A stretch of DNA of 64,000 nt, from positions 15,438,001 to 15,502,000 of the forward strand of contig CM120641.1 in assembly GCA_051362555.1 (NCBI GenBank), written 5' to 3'. The notes under the pieces are model-generated. The model saw nothing but the letters and a program-made list of their open reading frames with translations. It was not told where the DNA came from and made no database searches. Origin of the DNA: Lingula anatina. Lineage: Eukaryota > Animalia > Brachiopoda. The translations under genes and the position numbers were made by a program. Of the stretch, positions 28,250-60,584 are shown one piece after another; position 1 is the stretch's first letter; every line of letters starts with the position of its first letter.

Positions 28250-28762
28250 GTTGTTTGTCTTTCGCAACAAACGCAATTGCTCTCATCTCCGCTAGTGGCA
28301 TTGTGTTGCCAGCTGTTGTTGTATTTGATGTGTTCTGCTAAGCGTATATAGTACTCATACAATATAAATAGCAGAGCGCATAGTATATATGTATTGAAAT
28401 TAAAGCTATTCAACATTGGCGAACACGGACTTCTCATTTCAAATAACCGATGCTGTCTGATCAGATTTAATTCAACAAAAATGAAAAATACTTATTAAAG
28501 CCATTTTGAATTTTATTTGTAAAAAAAAAATAATTTAAATTTGCTTTCATTAATTGTTTCATTTACTAAAATTTCGGGATTAAAAACTCAAAAAGATTGC
28601 CAAATATGTTGTCTTTATCTTCGGATGGCACAAACATGAGGTAAAAAGGGGGTGGTGGGCACTAAGGTGAGTCTTATAAATAGTATGTAAATAAAAGGAA
28701 GGAATTTTACATGAGACACTAATTTCAAATTATTTAAGTCTGGCTTCATGTACATACTATAT

Positions 28763-29239
28763 ATAAATCTGAAAATTGTCAAGTTTTGGCTGATTTTTAT
28801 AGGTCCGGATATGGCAGTTTTTTTACTTTTGGGGAAAAATGAAACGCTACATTATTTTGGATCTTAATAGTGACTGGCAGGTGTGTTTGGTCATTTGTAG
28901 TTTTCTTTAGGTACAAGACGGTGGCTTTCTCAACATTAAGGATGAAATAAAAATTAAAATAAAAAACTCCCCCACCCCTTCTTCAGACTGTGATGTCAGA
29001 AATGCTTTTTGAATAGCTGTAGATATTTGGGGCTTTATTGATGAGATGTAGGTGTTTATACATTTCTTGTGAATGACAGGTGTGGCAGATTGATTTTGAT
29101 GACATGCATAAATCTGAAAATTGTCGACTTTGGGTGACTTTGATAGGTCTGAATATGGCAGGTTTTTTATATTTTGGAGAAAAAACATTGTTAATTTGGC
29201 TCTTTATAGTAACCAGTAGGTGTTTGGTCATTTGTAGTT
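28763..29239. repeat. Diverged direct repeat of about 140 bp (two copies about 345 bp apart)
   Basis: The block ataaatctgaaaattgtc ... ataggtc(c/t)g(g/a)atatggcag ... tgtttggtcatttgtagtt occurs at about 28763-28903 and about 29108-29239. Confidence 0.7.
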
Positions 29240-30345
29240 ATGGCACACAAGTTATGATAAAAATTTATGTTGTCAGATATACATATATATCCTTTATATT
29301 TATAGAACTTTCTACAATGTTGCCCCATCCCTATTCTGATCAAAATGTTGACATCATCAGAATATTAATATCAGGAACAAAGCTATCATACACCATCATG
29401 AAATTGCCGAAAGCTCAATTCCAGCACTGCAATTCAGAACTACATATCACATTTGATTGCCACACAGTTGCAAAAGCTTTTGAAAGAAAACAATTATCCC
29501 AGAGACAAGTAGCAATGAGTAAATTTTTGGAATATTCTTGAGAAATAAAGCCAATGTGCAATGCATTTATGTTCATCCTCACAATTTTTTTTAGTCAGCA
29601 AATTGACACATTACTAAAGGATTATCAAACTATTTGAAAAACCTTTCATAACCACAGTTTACAAAGTCCCATTTCAACTGGTTTTCCAAGAAAGGTACAA
29701 AACGGCATTCCATTTACAGCTTTTTTATTTTCTTTCTGGTAATGGACCTACAGGCAAGATAAAATTATTACAGAAAAAATATATAAAAAGGTAAAGTCAT
29801 GAAAGAACCTGAGAAATTCAACAGTGGTGGTTCTTCAGATTTTCTTTTTCTAGACAAGCAATTATAGTCCAATGCTTGACATGATAAATATGTTCAAGAA
29901 GGTGAAGATAAAATACTTTCAAGAAATTTAATCTGCTCCAATATTCATAAATAAAATATGTATAGTACTGTTTGTTTAGAACACAGTACTCCATATATTT
30001 TTTTTTCACAACAGTTATTACATAAACTGCTTTCAATAATTATATTTGAACAGCATTGCTAAAATGTACACAAAACTAAAAACATTACATATCATTTCAT
30101 CCACTAAACACTGGTCCACTAAATTTTACCAAGTTTCACCTCATAGGACAAATTCTTACTAAAATAAGGGCTATATTTACAGTCTAATCATATATATATA
30201 ATCATATACATATATGTTAAATATACATATATAATCATACATACTTTATTTAACCTGTACAAACATGTAAAATGTCCATTCTTGCACTGACTAGGCCTCA
30301 AAAGTTGCACAAAACCCCTATATATTTATTTACACATTCATCTTC

Positions 30346-49976
<19,631 letters not shown>

Positions 49977-49985
49977 AATTTCTGG

Positions 49986-50066
49986 TCAGGGCAAGCCGTT
50001 GAACAATCCACTACATTGTGCTACTTCTTCACATAGCACATGAATACGAAACTGTGGAACCAACAT
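49986..50066 (-). other. 26-aa upstream ORF in the KAT6 5' leader (MLVPQFRIHVLCEEVAQCSGLFNGLP*)
   Basis: ATG at 50066, TGA at 49988-49986, inside the exon whose acceptor is tttgcag|50075. In frame with the main ATG at 49976. Confidence 0.55.
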
Positions 50067-50857
50067 TACTCATCCCTGCAAAATTATGTAAAAGATCTCA
50101 TTTTAAACAAGGCATAAAACATTTTAAACTGTATAAGTTCTGACTAAAAATGACTTTCAGTTTATAGCAATAACAAAGGTCCTTTGGCAGGTAGTTCAGT
50201 TTGACCTGGTTAATGAACAAAGAGCAGCCTGTGGTCTGGCTAAACAATGAACCTGAACAGCTGGTGATTGCACATGCTCACATCCACGATCCCTACACTG
50301 GTCCTTGTCATAGTAAACAGGGCAATTTTACAAAGCACTTAAAACAGATAAATTCCAGTTTGCCAATATTCACAAAGATGTTGATGTCTTGCAAACGTCA
50401 AAATTCCTTAACTGTGACATAACTTATTCAGGTTCAAGTCCACATATTTTACCACATTTTAATCTAAGGTGAATGTGATTAAATACAAATATACTGAATA
50501 CTTTAAAACTAAAATACTGCACAAAATTTCTCAAAAGCGCAGAAACCAAGATAAAACGGCAGTTTTTACACATCACTTGATTGGTACATCAATCATGTAA
50601 AAAAAAAAAAAAAACTACTTTCAAAATGGCGGACAGTTAAGGCACAATGGAGAGTAGAGTATAACAGCACCCTCTGACACATTGTTGCATTATTGTCACT
50701 TGAAATGTTTTTAAAATCCTAATCCTCTACCTCGCCAAAAACGCCTCACATTCGATTTACGCAATTTTTGTCAACAGTGAGAAGTACGTTAAAACCTAAC
50801 ATCAGTTTACAAATCCGTTTACCACTCCCCTTAACGCAAAAATATCGGCATACTTAC

Positions 50858-51030
50858 TGAATTTACAGAGATGCTGTCCCCCAGAAGGCTCTTGTAAAGA
50901 CCTTCTTATGTCAAAATCTTATACACGAGCCTCATACATCTAAAAGAAGGATAATATTTCAATTCAAACACGAACTGTTTTTGTACTTATTCGATAAAGA
51001 TGTCGGCCATGAAAATCTGAACTACTAATA
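50858..51030 (-). promoter_or_regulatory. Probable non-coding first exon / promoter of KAT6
   Basis: Strong donor TTCA|gtaagt at 50858/50857 (minus), CpG-containing context, and a YY1-like AAAATGGCGG near 50623-50632 in the following intron. The upstream boundary is a guess. Confidence 0.4.
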
Positions 51031-51528
51031 CAGACGCAAGTGGGGAGTTGGGAGAATTTAATTATCAATCATAATATTTAGAGTGAAAATTCAAGCTAAT
51101 TTACATAGACAGCCTTTGTATTTGAATGTGCTACTTAAAAACATAGAGATGTAATTAAAACAATCCCCCTTTTTTAATCCTGACCTCTGTATACAATCAA
51201 TAAATAGCATTCACCTAGTGAATTTCACCCAGTGGAATACTGTTTCTCGTATGATCAAGACTTATTAGCATAACTCTATGTAAACACGGCAATGATTGGC
51301 AGTGTGGTAGAATTGCGGCAGGTGAGAATTATCTGTGGGATGCCAGAAAACTACACTATATTTAAACGACTGACCGAATTTCCTCTGGCAGACCCAGTGT
51401 GTGTTGGTGGGTGGGTGGGTTGGGGATGGGGGTGAGTGGGGGAGGGAAAAGCCGGCACGTGCCCCTCACTAATTAGGCCTATCTTCTGAAGTAATCCGTA
51501 ATCCAATTCCAACCTTTTTCAATAAAGC

Positions 51529-51530
<2 letters not shown>

Positions 51531-51559
<29 letters not shown>
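51531..51559. repeat. (CA)n microsatellite
   Basis: Run of CA dinucleotides. Confidence 0.9.
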
Positions 51560-51564
<5 letters not shown>

Positions 51565-52328
51565 AAAAGGACTATATATGATGACTGTAACGTGATAGAA
51601 ATGATGCCCACTCTCTTCTGCTGTTAGCTAAACTGGACAACTTTTCATTCATGTGCATTCTTTTCTTTCTCTACCCATAGGCCTACATGTTCATGAGTTT
51701 TTGCACCCATTGTTCAGTTCACAAATATAATCCCCAGACTTGTTAATTAATTTAATTGTACTCGCTTGTTTGTGCACTCGACTCGTTTTATGGTCTTGCA
51801 TGTAATTTATATAACGCAAGTGGGCGTGTGCAATCTAAGTAATTAAAATTAGTATCTACCGCGAAATAGTGCAGCATTTAATCTACCTTTGATAAGAAAT
51901 TTGTATATAAGACGTTCAGAAGTAATATTTGGGAGTTCAGATCAAATAAACCGTTCAACTGGTCATTATGTGCCCTTGGGTTTTCTTTGAGCGACCTCAA
52001 GTAAAGCTGACACGAACCATGGGATTGCGGATTGCGTTTTGCGGGTTATAAAAAGATTTCATTATATAAGTTATAAAAATTTCATTACACCATGTGGCGC
52101 AGCTCGTCGCCGAGGAGAAAAAGCTCGCTTACATTTGTAGCGAATTAGCCCTGATTGATGTTGGACAGACATGTTTAAAGACCAGGTTAAAAGTTAATGA
52201 TTTTGACTATGTAAAATGTTTTATAAAAGATGTTTATGATTAATCACTTGTATCGACAAGTATGGGCTCATCAATTTGGCATATTCTGGTATTCTCTTAT
52301 TCTGAGCCAGTTCAGTAAACTGTTTCAG

Positions 52329-52702
52329 TTAAAGGGATAACAAATGTTCGTTTTGGCAAAAAATGGATTTCCTGGGGTAAAGGGCAATTTTTTCATACTT
52401 ACCAATGGTTAATCAATCCAAACCCATATTCAAAGTTAGACGTCCTTGTTTTCCTTTTTTTCTTTTTTTTTTTTTTTTTTTCCTAAAAAGTTTGGATATC
52501 TGTAATATTCTCCTTAAGAGATTATTACAGAATGTAGCCATCTATGGAGGTTACGTGATGTGAAAGCAAACACAAATTCCAGAATAATTGCGTTAACCAC
52601 CGTTTTTGGTGGTAAAATGGAATTCATTATATTTCTATAAGCAGTTTGCAATCCATTTATTGTGAAATATGGATAACTCACGAACAGTTGTTATCCCTTT
52701 AA
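52329..52702. mobile_element. Non-autonomous TTAA-targeting (Kolobok-type) MITE, about 370 bp
   Basis: ttaaagggataacaaatgttcg (52329-52350) and cgaacagttgttatccctttaa (52681-52702): TTAA flanks plus an 18-bp TIR with one mismatch, starting AGG. Confidence 0.75.
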
Positions 52703-54567
52703 TTCCTCATTTGTGAACTTAAATTCATTTCAAAGAGCCAAGGCAATTTTGTTTGTTAATGCATTTTTAGCTGATGACTGACAGCCAAAATTCCTTTTCA
52801 TAATTAAATTATTATGAGACATACTTTCCAAACTTCAAGACATCAAAAATATACTGGAAAGACCAGAAATACCAGCATCACGCAGGGTTACTGGTGGATA
52901 TGTTGTAGTCGGATATGTGAACTGATGTGTAAAGAATCACAATTCAGGATTTTTTGTATTATTAATTATGAATGAATAAATTATTTCAAAAATCAAAATT
53001 CAGGAAAAAAGGTTTTAATGATGAACAGAAAATAAAAGTTATCTCAAAAATGAAGAACTATATATGGACGACTGGAAACCCCACTCAGCAAATGCGCCTT
53101 TTATGCAGAACAAGTAAAGGCTACTTTCATTCTAAAGAATGAAAGATGATATTGACAAGACGATTATGGTAAATACAATTTGTATAAAGTAAAAGTTTGA
53201 AAATGTTTTTGCTTTCTCTTTTTTTACTTGGAATTAATATCTCGTGACTTTGTGACGCATTGGTCTCGATGCCCGTTTGAAATCGGTGGCGAATTAATAA
53301 TAAAAATGAATATGAATAGTTAAATTGATCATGATCACAGACTGATAAATTAACTAAATGTAATCAAACGAGAGCAACCCTTCACTTACTTGCATGACGA
53401 AGTTGTTGTCTTTGTTGCTGTTACGTGAGGTAGTAAATACAACTCTGTTATATTCTTTCATATTATTTATTAACAACTTTCCAGTTGGTTCCCGCGCCGC
53501 TTTCTTTTCATTTCTATCTCTACCTCATGCGGCCCTCTCCCGTTTACATTACACGCAGTCTTATAAGTATCATAAGAGCATTGCAATCAATTCATTTACT
53601 TTACACAACACTATATATATAATTGAAATATACATTTAAATAATTCTTCTTAAGTTCTCCATTTTAATCATAAAGTCATACATTTCACAAAACATAGGAT
53701 CAGATTGTTTAGATTTTAAGAAAAGTTACCAACAATGCTTTGATATCTGTGGAGTCTGTAGTTCTTTTTCTACGTGCCCTAGATGCAAATTTACCCATTG
53801 GAGTTGAAGGAGTTTACAAAAACAAATTAACAAAAAATATCACATTTGTCCTTTCAGTGTGCGAGGGTTTTAGAAGTTTCTAACCATAATATGACCCCCC
53901 TGTATAAATACTGCAAAGTATCCTTTTCTCATAAGAAAAAGAACAAAGTTAAGATGTTTTTCAAGTTTGTCCTTAGATACAAAAATTACCGAAAGTTCAA
54001 CCGATACAGGAAACTCAGGAAAATCTACACTGCCTTAGACAGAGACTGAAACAAGAAAGAAAACATTCCCCGCTCCTTTTTCACTAGTGCCTTCCAATTA
54101 CTAACATTACACTTGGTAAGTGTAACGATATGACTGTGTGTGATTTTGATACAAGCGAATTTACGTTTGAATGATTTTTCCCATTGTGACGTATTTAACG
54201 CTAGTCATAAATAGAAAGTCGACTTTTCATTACTTTTTGAATGGCCTGTCTAAATGGTTTTGTTTTGGGTGGTCTATAGGTCAGCTGTCCCAGATATTTT
54301 ACGACGCCGTTATGGAATTTCTTGAAGTTGCCGAATGGTTTGAACTCATAATAAGAAATGTAGAACTTTGAAATCATCAACACTATTGTTGCCTTATCCA
54401 CAGCAGTACATTCATAATTTTGTTCAAACAAACTAAAATTGTTTGCGAAAAATAAATCCTGGACCAACTTTCCGTCTACCAATAAGCATTGCAGTTGCTG
54501 AGAAATATTATTTTGATTTTATGATTTTGAAATGTTTTAGCACCGTATCAGAGTAATAATAATAATA

Positions 54568-54570
<3 letters not shown>

Positions 54571-54599
<29 letters not shown>
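54571..54599. repeat. (TG)n microsatellite
   Basis: Run of TG dinucleotides. Confidence 0.9.
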
Positions 54600-54601
<2 letters not shown>

Positions 54602-55148
54602 TGAAATTCCAAAGGTTCGTTAGTCCAAAGCCCATTCGTACAAAAATCCGTGGTGGTAGATTTTATACCTCTCCCCACGCACAAATAAGAAATAAATTAA
54701 TTCAAAGGATTTATTGCTTTGTAAAGCGCAACTCTCAATGACTGAACAAAGCCTAACGAGAAAAATTCACAAATAGATAAATAAATTGGTGAAATATGAA
54801 AAACAAAATGATTATAAACCATACAATATATTTGGGTGATTTTACTTCGTTTTTTTAACTTACAGCATAATCAATACATAATATGATAACACAAGTCTGA
54901 ATGCAAACAAACAATGAGTGTGAATTTTTTGTGTGTTATTTTATAACGTTACTTACATAAAATTAGCATGCAGATATTTACTGGCACAGTGTATCCTGTC
55001 ACATGTATACTGAATATAGTCCAATATCCGATCTGTATCGTGACATGGCTGATATGAATGCCTTATACTTTCAGGTAAAAGAGCACATAATATTGTTCAT
55101 TATATCGGAAAAATGTTATGTCGGGTTTGTTATGATTTTCAAAGTTTT

Positions 55149-56462
55149 TCATCGTACCTTAGATTTGACTTTAGAATCAGCATCGAAAGGCGTCCACTCT
55201 TTTATCAACTCGGTGTTAAATGTATTTCCTTTTAATTGTTTCATGGTAAACATGCGTTTGTAGATTCTCCTAGTAAAGGGTAGTTCTGGCGTCGCCATGA
55301 GGACGCAGTTGGTGTCGTTGGCCATCTCTGGATTCAGTCTGTACCCAAGAACCATAGTCTCATAGGGCCTGAACTCTTTATCAGTCATATTGCTGTAAGA
55401 TACACGTTCACTTATACATCGTATTTCCCACGCCTTCTTGACAGCGTTAAATTCCTTTAGCTCCTTCTGCATTCTTTCTTCACCAAATGTGTGGACTTTT
55501 CTCCAAAATGTTTTATTAAAATGCTCGTAAAGTTTCAAATCTCCAGCATGGATTTTCTTGATATTTTGTATCGTTTTCAAACTCATGATCTCCGTTTTGC
55601 CGCCAGTTTTCTTGCGCATGTTTTGTGCGAAGTACGCTATATCTTGAAACGACCAGCCAAGTAGGTCTCTAAGTAATATCAATGACTCGTCAAAATATTC
55701 TGCTATCATAACTAATGAAAACACTTCATCTACTTCCAAAATTTTTTCATACACTTTGGACTGATTTAATGACTCTATTGGATGCAGTCCTAAGTCGAAC
55801 AACATTGAATTTGGAAACGGCTGAGAGACCCCGTTGACATACCCGTACCTGGAGTAGTATTTCTGAGGAGCCTCTAAGAAAGTCTCCATGTCTATGTGCA
55901 GTCTCTTAGAAATTTTCATATAGACAAACCAGGATTCTGTCAGCTTTATTGGATGTCGTAATATAGATATAAAGACCGTCCTTTTTGGTACAACGTCCAT
56001 GAGTGCTCTGCTGTACCGAGTATGGTGACACAAAATATCAAATTTTCCCGTCACACTGGGCAATGCAAAACCAGGACTAAACTTCTGGGGATATCCTAAT
56101 TTGTAAATATCAGGGTATGCTCCCAGTGCGAATGTTAAGTTCCGAATTTCACCGAAACGCATTAAAATATTTTGTATCGTGCTGCTCGCTGTCTTGTGTG
56201 TCTTAAGAAATAAAATGTTCGTCACTTTTGAGAGTGTAATAGGGTTACGTATTTCGCTTTCAGTCGGGAGAGTTATTATAGGCCCTCCTCGCTCTGTGAC
56301 GCTCCCGTTCTCTCTGCATGAACAGTCTGGGTATGCGTAAGAACGACTTGATATGATGCTTAAATCCCCCGTCGTCATATAGCTACCACATATTATAACC
56401 ATCAGAAGACAGAGGGCCGTGATGAATAGAAATGTGATAATGTATAAACTCGTGCTTGCCAT
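55149..56462 (-). CDS. Galactose-3-O-sulfotransferase family protein (Golgi type II membrane sulfotransferase), single coding exon, 437 aa
   Basis: N-terminal signal anchor (LYIITFLFITALCLLMVIIC); 5'-PSB motif NILFLKTHKTASSTIQNILMRFG; ILCHHTRY; 3'-PB motif FISILRHP..ESWFVY; NSMLFDLG; FSLVMIAEYFDESLILL; DLKLYEHFNKTFW. A splice acceptor tttctag sits 11 nt before the ATG (gaggcaaaaccATG), implying upstream non-coding exon(s). GAL3ST1-4 orthology cannot be resolved by eye. Confidence 0.92.
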   Translation of the reverse strand: MASTSLYIITFLFITALCLLMVIICGSYMTTGDLSIISSRSYAYPDCSCRENGSVTERGGPIITLPTESEIRNPITLSKVTNILFLKTHKTASSTIQNILMRFGEIRNLTFALGAYPDIYKLGYPQKFSPGFALPSVTGKFDILCHHTRYSRALMDVVPKRTVFISILRHPIKLTESWFVYMKISKRLHIDMETFLEAPQKYYSRYGYVNGVSQPFPNSMLFDLGLHPIESLNQSKVYEKILEVDEVFSLVMIAEYFDESLILLRDLLGWSFQDIAYFAQNMRKKTGGKTEIMSLKTIQNIKKIHAGDLKLYEHFNKTFWRKVHTFGEERMQKELKEFNAVKKAWEIRCISERVSYSNMTDKEFRPYETMVLGYRLNPEMANDTNCVLMATPELPFTRRIYKRMFTMKQLKGNTFNTELIKEWTPFDADSKVKSKVR

Positions 56463-58294
56463 GGTTTTGCCTCCTAGAAATATAGATCAAATGTGTCTTT
56501 ATGAAAATCATATTTGATAGACCTTTCAAATCAGACCTAGAGTGATTTGTTTGAGCACATATTTACGCACGCACGCACTCCCCCTCCCCCCCCCCCCCAC
56601 ACACACACAATCCGTTTATGCACAGACAAAACCGAGAGAGGCATAGATACATAATGCCTGCGTATAATATTATAAAATCACTCTTTTCTTAAAGACAACT
56701 GTTGAGTAGAAGATGGCTTCTCGTTAATACAATATAAGATGGTTGATCAGATGCAGGCCATCTTAAAAGGCATCTCAGATTCACTGATTTACATACTTGT
56801 TGTTGCGCATCAAGGATTTGTAAGGTCCGTTCATAAAAATATTTCCTGGGACCAGATATTGTAAAAATCGGTTGTGATCAACTCAGCATTGTTTTGCATA
56901 CTATTCCATAGATATGCAAACCAGTCAGGGAGCACCACACAATATTATACACATAACATACACAAGGGGGGATTGACATTGAATATTAAAGACCTACTCG
57001 TACATAAAACGTGGCGAACCATGGGGGGTGCAAGAGGATAAATAACATGATATACGCTAATAAGTAAACGAATATACAGAGAATTGAAAAAAAGCAGTGG
57101 CCTAAACACACAATCCTATTATTAAAAAGTAATTTTAAATATCACTTTCTACACTAACTGAGCAAACATTTTCCTCCCATTTCTTACACATCCAAAAGGG
57201 CTTATATACATGTAAGATAAACAAAAATGCCTACGCAAACTGACAGGAATAGCGAATTTCAGCTAGGGTATCTAATGTTATTAGGTCTTGTGACTGACTT
57301 GAAACATACCTGTTCTCTCACCCCAATCTAAGTTTTGTCACCTACACGTTTTAGTCTTTACCGTGATAAGGCTTGTACATGCTTACAACAACTATACCCA
57401 TTAAATGGGCATTTAAAGGAAATAAATCGACCAAAATGTCTTTGGAGACCTAGATGCAGTGGGACCCTCTTTTATCCGTATCGTAAGCTTTTCCTGCCTT
57501 TAATGTCCCCTTATCCGTTATCATATGCTTAACCCAGAAAATGTAACAGCTGGGCCATGCAAAAAACCTTGCGCCAAAGCTAAAAATTCATTACTTATAT
57601 TTGTTCCAATTACCTCCAAAACTTCAGTGGCTAATTGGTAATTTTCATCAAGAGCTGTGTTAAAGGGAATGCTTTATCACAATTGCAAGTGAGATTGTGG
57701 TTGGTGAGATGATGTCTTACGTAAAACGCACTTTAGGAACATCATATTTCGTACTCTGTCGTGAAATAACACCCTAAAAGCGTTGTCTGGTTTGAAAGGT
57801 ATTATCAACATCAGCGTTGGAGTTGTCATATCATAATACGATCATTGTAACATGTGCATTCATAACATTCTTTACTATTTGAGAAAAACGATACGGTAAT
57901 AATTTAAAGTGATTTCGAAAATCCACTGGGACATTCTTTTAAATACATGTATTTCTATAAGAATCATGTATTTCTATAAGAATCAGAATCAGTGTGCATT
58001 CTGTGCCCCCCCCCCCCCCCCCCCCCCATTATGTTTTTCAGTGTCGTGCAGTGAAATAAGTTGAAGCGGGTTATTAGCATTTTATACTTGTAACCTTGGA
58101 CGCATGGTTCATGTGTATCATGACTGTATGACGTAGAGACATGACTCTTTTTGAGAAACAAAATTGCCAATAGGGTTCGCTGTTGTTGTTGGTCGCATAA
58201 ATTCAAACTTCCACTTGGTTTCTGCAAATTTATGATCGAGGTTTGAGGCCCAAGCGTAATGCATGTATCGACACAGAGTATTCTATTATGAGTG

Positions 58295-58563
58295 CAGGGG
58301 CGGGTCCAGGATTATTTGAAGAGGGGCCCGCAGATACGAAGCCCCCCTCCCTTGATATGGGGTTCGGGGCCCGCTAAAGGGCCTAGAAAAAATTTGTTAT
58401 TTTAGAGGGCGAACGGTGCCATTTGGTACGGTTTAGAACTATAGTTCAGCTAGCCAAAATTCTAATTTCAAGAGGAGACCATTGGTGTGTTTTTTTTTTC
58501 AGAAATCAAAGGGGGGGGGGGGGGGGTCGGGACCATCATGACACCCTCCTAAATCCGCCACTG
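58295..58563 (+). mobile_element. Full-length CAG-ended MITE (269 bp) with a 5-bp target-site duplication
   Basis: Ends caggggcgggtccagg / cctaaatccgccactg (imperfect TIR), flanked by GAGTG at 58290-58294 and 58564-58568. Two related partial copies occur in the window. Confidence 0.75.
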
Positions 58564-60465
58564 GAGTGCTACATGTATGCATGCTTTGACCAGACCTAAC
58601 TTGATGTAGAAATTCCCGTAGTTGTAGCCCTAGTCCTCAAGGGCAGGTGGAGATAGTTTGAATTGAATGTAATTGTTTGTTATATTAAATTTCAAAACCA
58701 TCGCTCAGGAGTCGAAGCTAGGTTTTTTTATCTGCATTTGAAAAACAAATCCTTTTGTACTAGATGTGCCCAGGCAAGGTGGCCATAAATTCTTAGTACA
58801 GTTCTCCCGGCAGAAAATAGCGTGGCTTACACAGGCAGATCGATTAAGTGCATTTCATCTTTCATTTTTTGTCTTTTGTTACATTCGTTTGGTGGCAACC
58901 CGATCCTATTGTGATAATCTGAGTATGTATATATGCGTTTTGAGATATTTCTAAAAGTCTAATGAGAACGAAGAAAACGCCTCTACAATTTAATGCCAAT
59001 TAGCTAATTGAACACACTGCTGTGGTTTCAATACGCGTTTGTGGGGCCAGCGATATAACACTGGTCAATAAATCACATTAAGCGACCATTTCTGCAGAAT
59101 TTGAATGTACCTGCCTGGAACAATAACAGTTCGTTGAAACAGTCGGCACATAAAAGATAATTATGTGGAATATTTCATGGAATATTTATGGAGTAGGGTA
59201 TATTGGTATCATAATTGAATACGTACGCGCTTTATCCGTGATAAAGCTCAATTTTCTTCTCCTGTACTAAGGACAGAAACAGATGTATAGTTTTTCCTCC
59301 CAAATTCTAAAATTCTGAACACCGATAAAACACTGGAAGTTGAGATAGTTGGAGTCAAAGAACGTCAACAACACAACATAAAACTAGTTTTTCGGCATGA
59401 ACACAACGTACAATTTGACAAATGTTAAAGACATTTGCCATTTTCATATTAACACTATAATTCTAAGTTAATTTCCGTTGTACTTTTGCACATATGGACG
59501 AATGTTTAGCATGGTTTTGGATACATTTGGCACATGGATACGTCGATGAGTGGAACAGTTATATGTCCGTCACATCAACAGGAATACCTGTACCAAACAC
59601 TGAATCAATCTTTCCAAAGAAGATGGTGGCTTGTGGTAGCCAAACTAGGTGGAAATTCTGTTATTATTTATAACATAAATAACTTTGAGTAATTTTTGTT
59701 CAAGTTCATGTGTACTAGAAGTAGGCTTTATTCATTCCAATGATTGGATTAAAACAATTTCTCGTGATATATTTTCGCTCTGGCGTTAAAAAATTTCAAC
59801 ACCAAAAATAAAGCATAAAATGCGCCCTTAGACAAAATAAAGCATTATATGTGCCCTTTTGCAATTGTGGCACTATAGTTATCATTTAGTTTCTTGAAGT
59901 TAATTGTCTCTTATTGCATTCTGTACCGCTTAAAATGGTGCTCTGGTAGTATTGAAATATAAGAGCCCACATCACATAAATTATCATTTAAGTGTTGATA
60001 TGGTAAACATTCGCCTCTATGTTGATAAATCGCAAACAGCAGGACTAATTTCAATGTTACAAATATACACCACGCTCGATGTAAAGCGTCCTGGAAAGCT
60101 TTTATTGATTTTATGAATGCATCTTTCTACATATTTATTCTTATTATTTTCTCCGAGGGTCCTGCCTACTATTCGAGCGTTAAGCGAGTTTTGAAATGAG
60201 GTAGAAGAAGCAGTCACCTGGAAATGCACGTCATGGTTATCTAATCATCAACCATGTTTTAATCATGAAATCAGCTACATTCTGACAGCGTTGAATCTCA
60301 TGAGACTGCTTTACGGAAAGCGATTTATATAAGTATGAATGAGCTAAACTCCAAACTTCGCCGAAGACGACAACATGACAGTCCGTGCTACAGACAAGAG
60401 GAACATTGCTTGTAGCTGTGTTGTTACCTGAGAATTTGATTTATTGTGGTTTTTATAGACTACTG

Positions 60466-60487
60466 TGACGTCAGTTGTTTTGAGTCA
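60466..60487. promoter_or_regulatory. Adjacent perfect CRE and AP-1 sites upstream of the receptor gene
   Basis: TGACGTCA at 60466-60473 and TGAGTCA at 60481-60487, about 100-120 bp before the ATG at 60585. Confidence 0.45.
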
Positions 60488-60584
60488 GCCTCAGTCATAA
60501 ATTGATTTCTATTTCCGTGACAACTCGAATCATTCATTTTGTCAGCGGATAGAATACTGCGTTTTGAAGATATCTGTTGACAAG

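Noticed and set aside
29080-29541. 153-aa plus-strand ORF
   Set aside because: Starts at GTG, overlaps the direct repeat and the likely antisense of the KAT6 3' region, and has no recognisable domain.
53650-54482. Coding-like minus-strand stretch including the 93-aa ORF 54201-54482
   Set aside because: Multiple stops and frame changes and no family I can name; it may be a decayed pseudogene, but BLASTx is needed.
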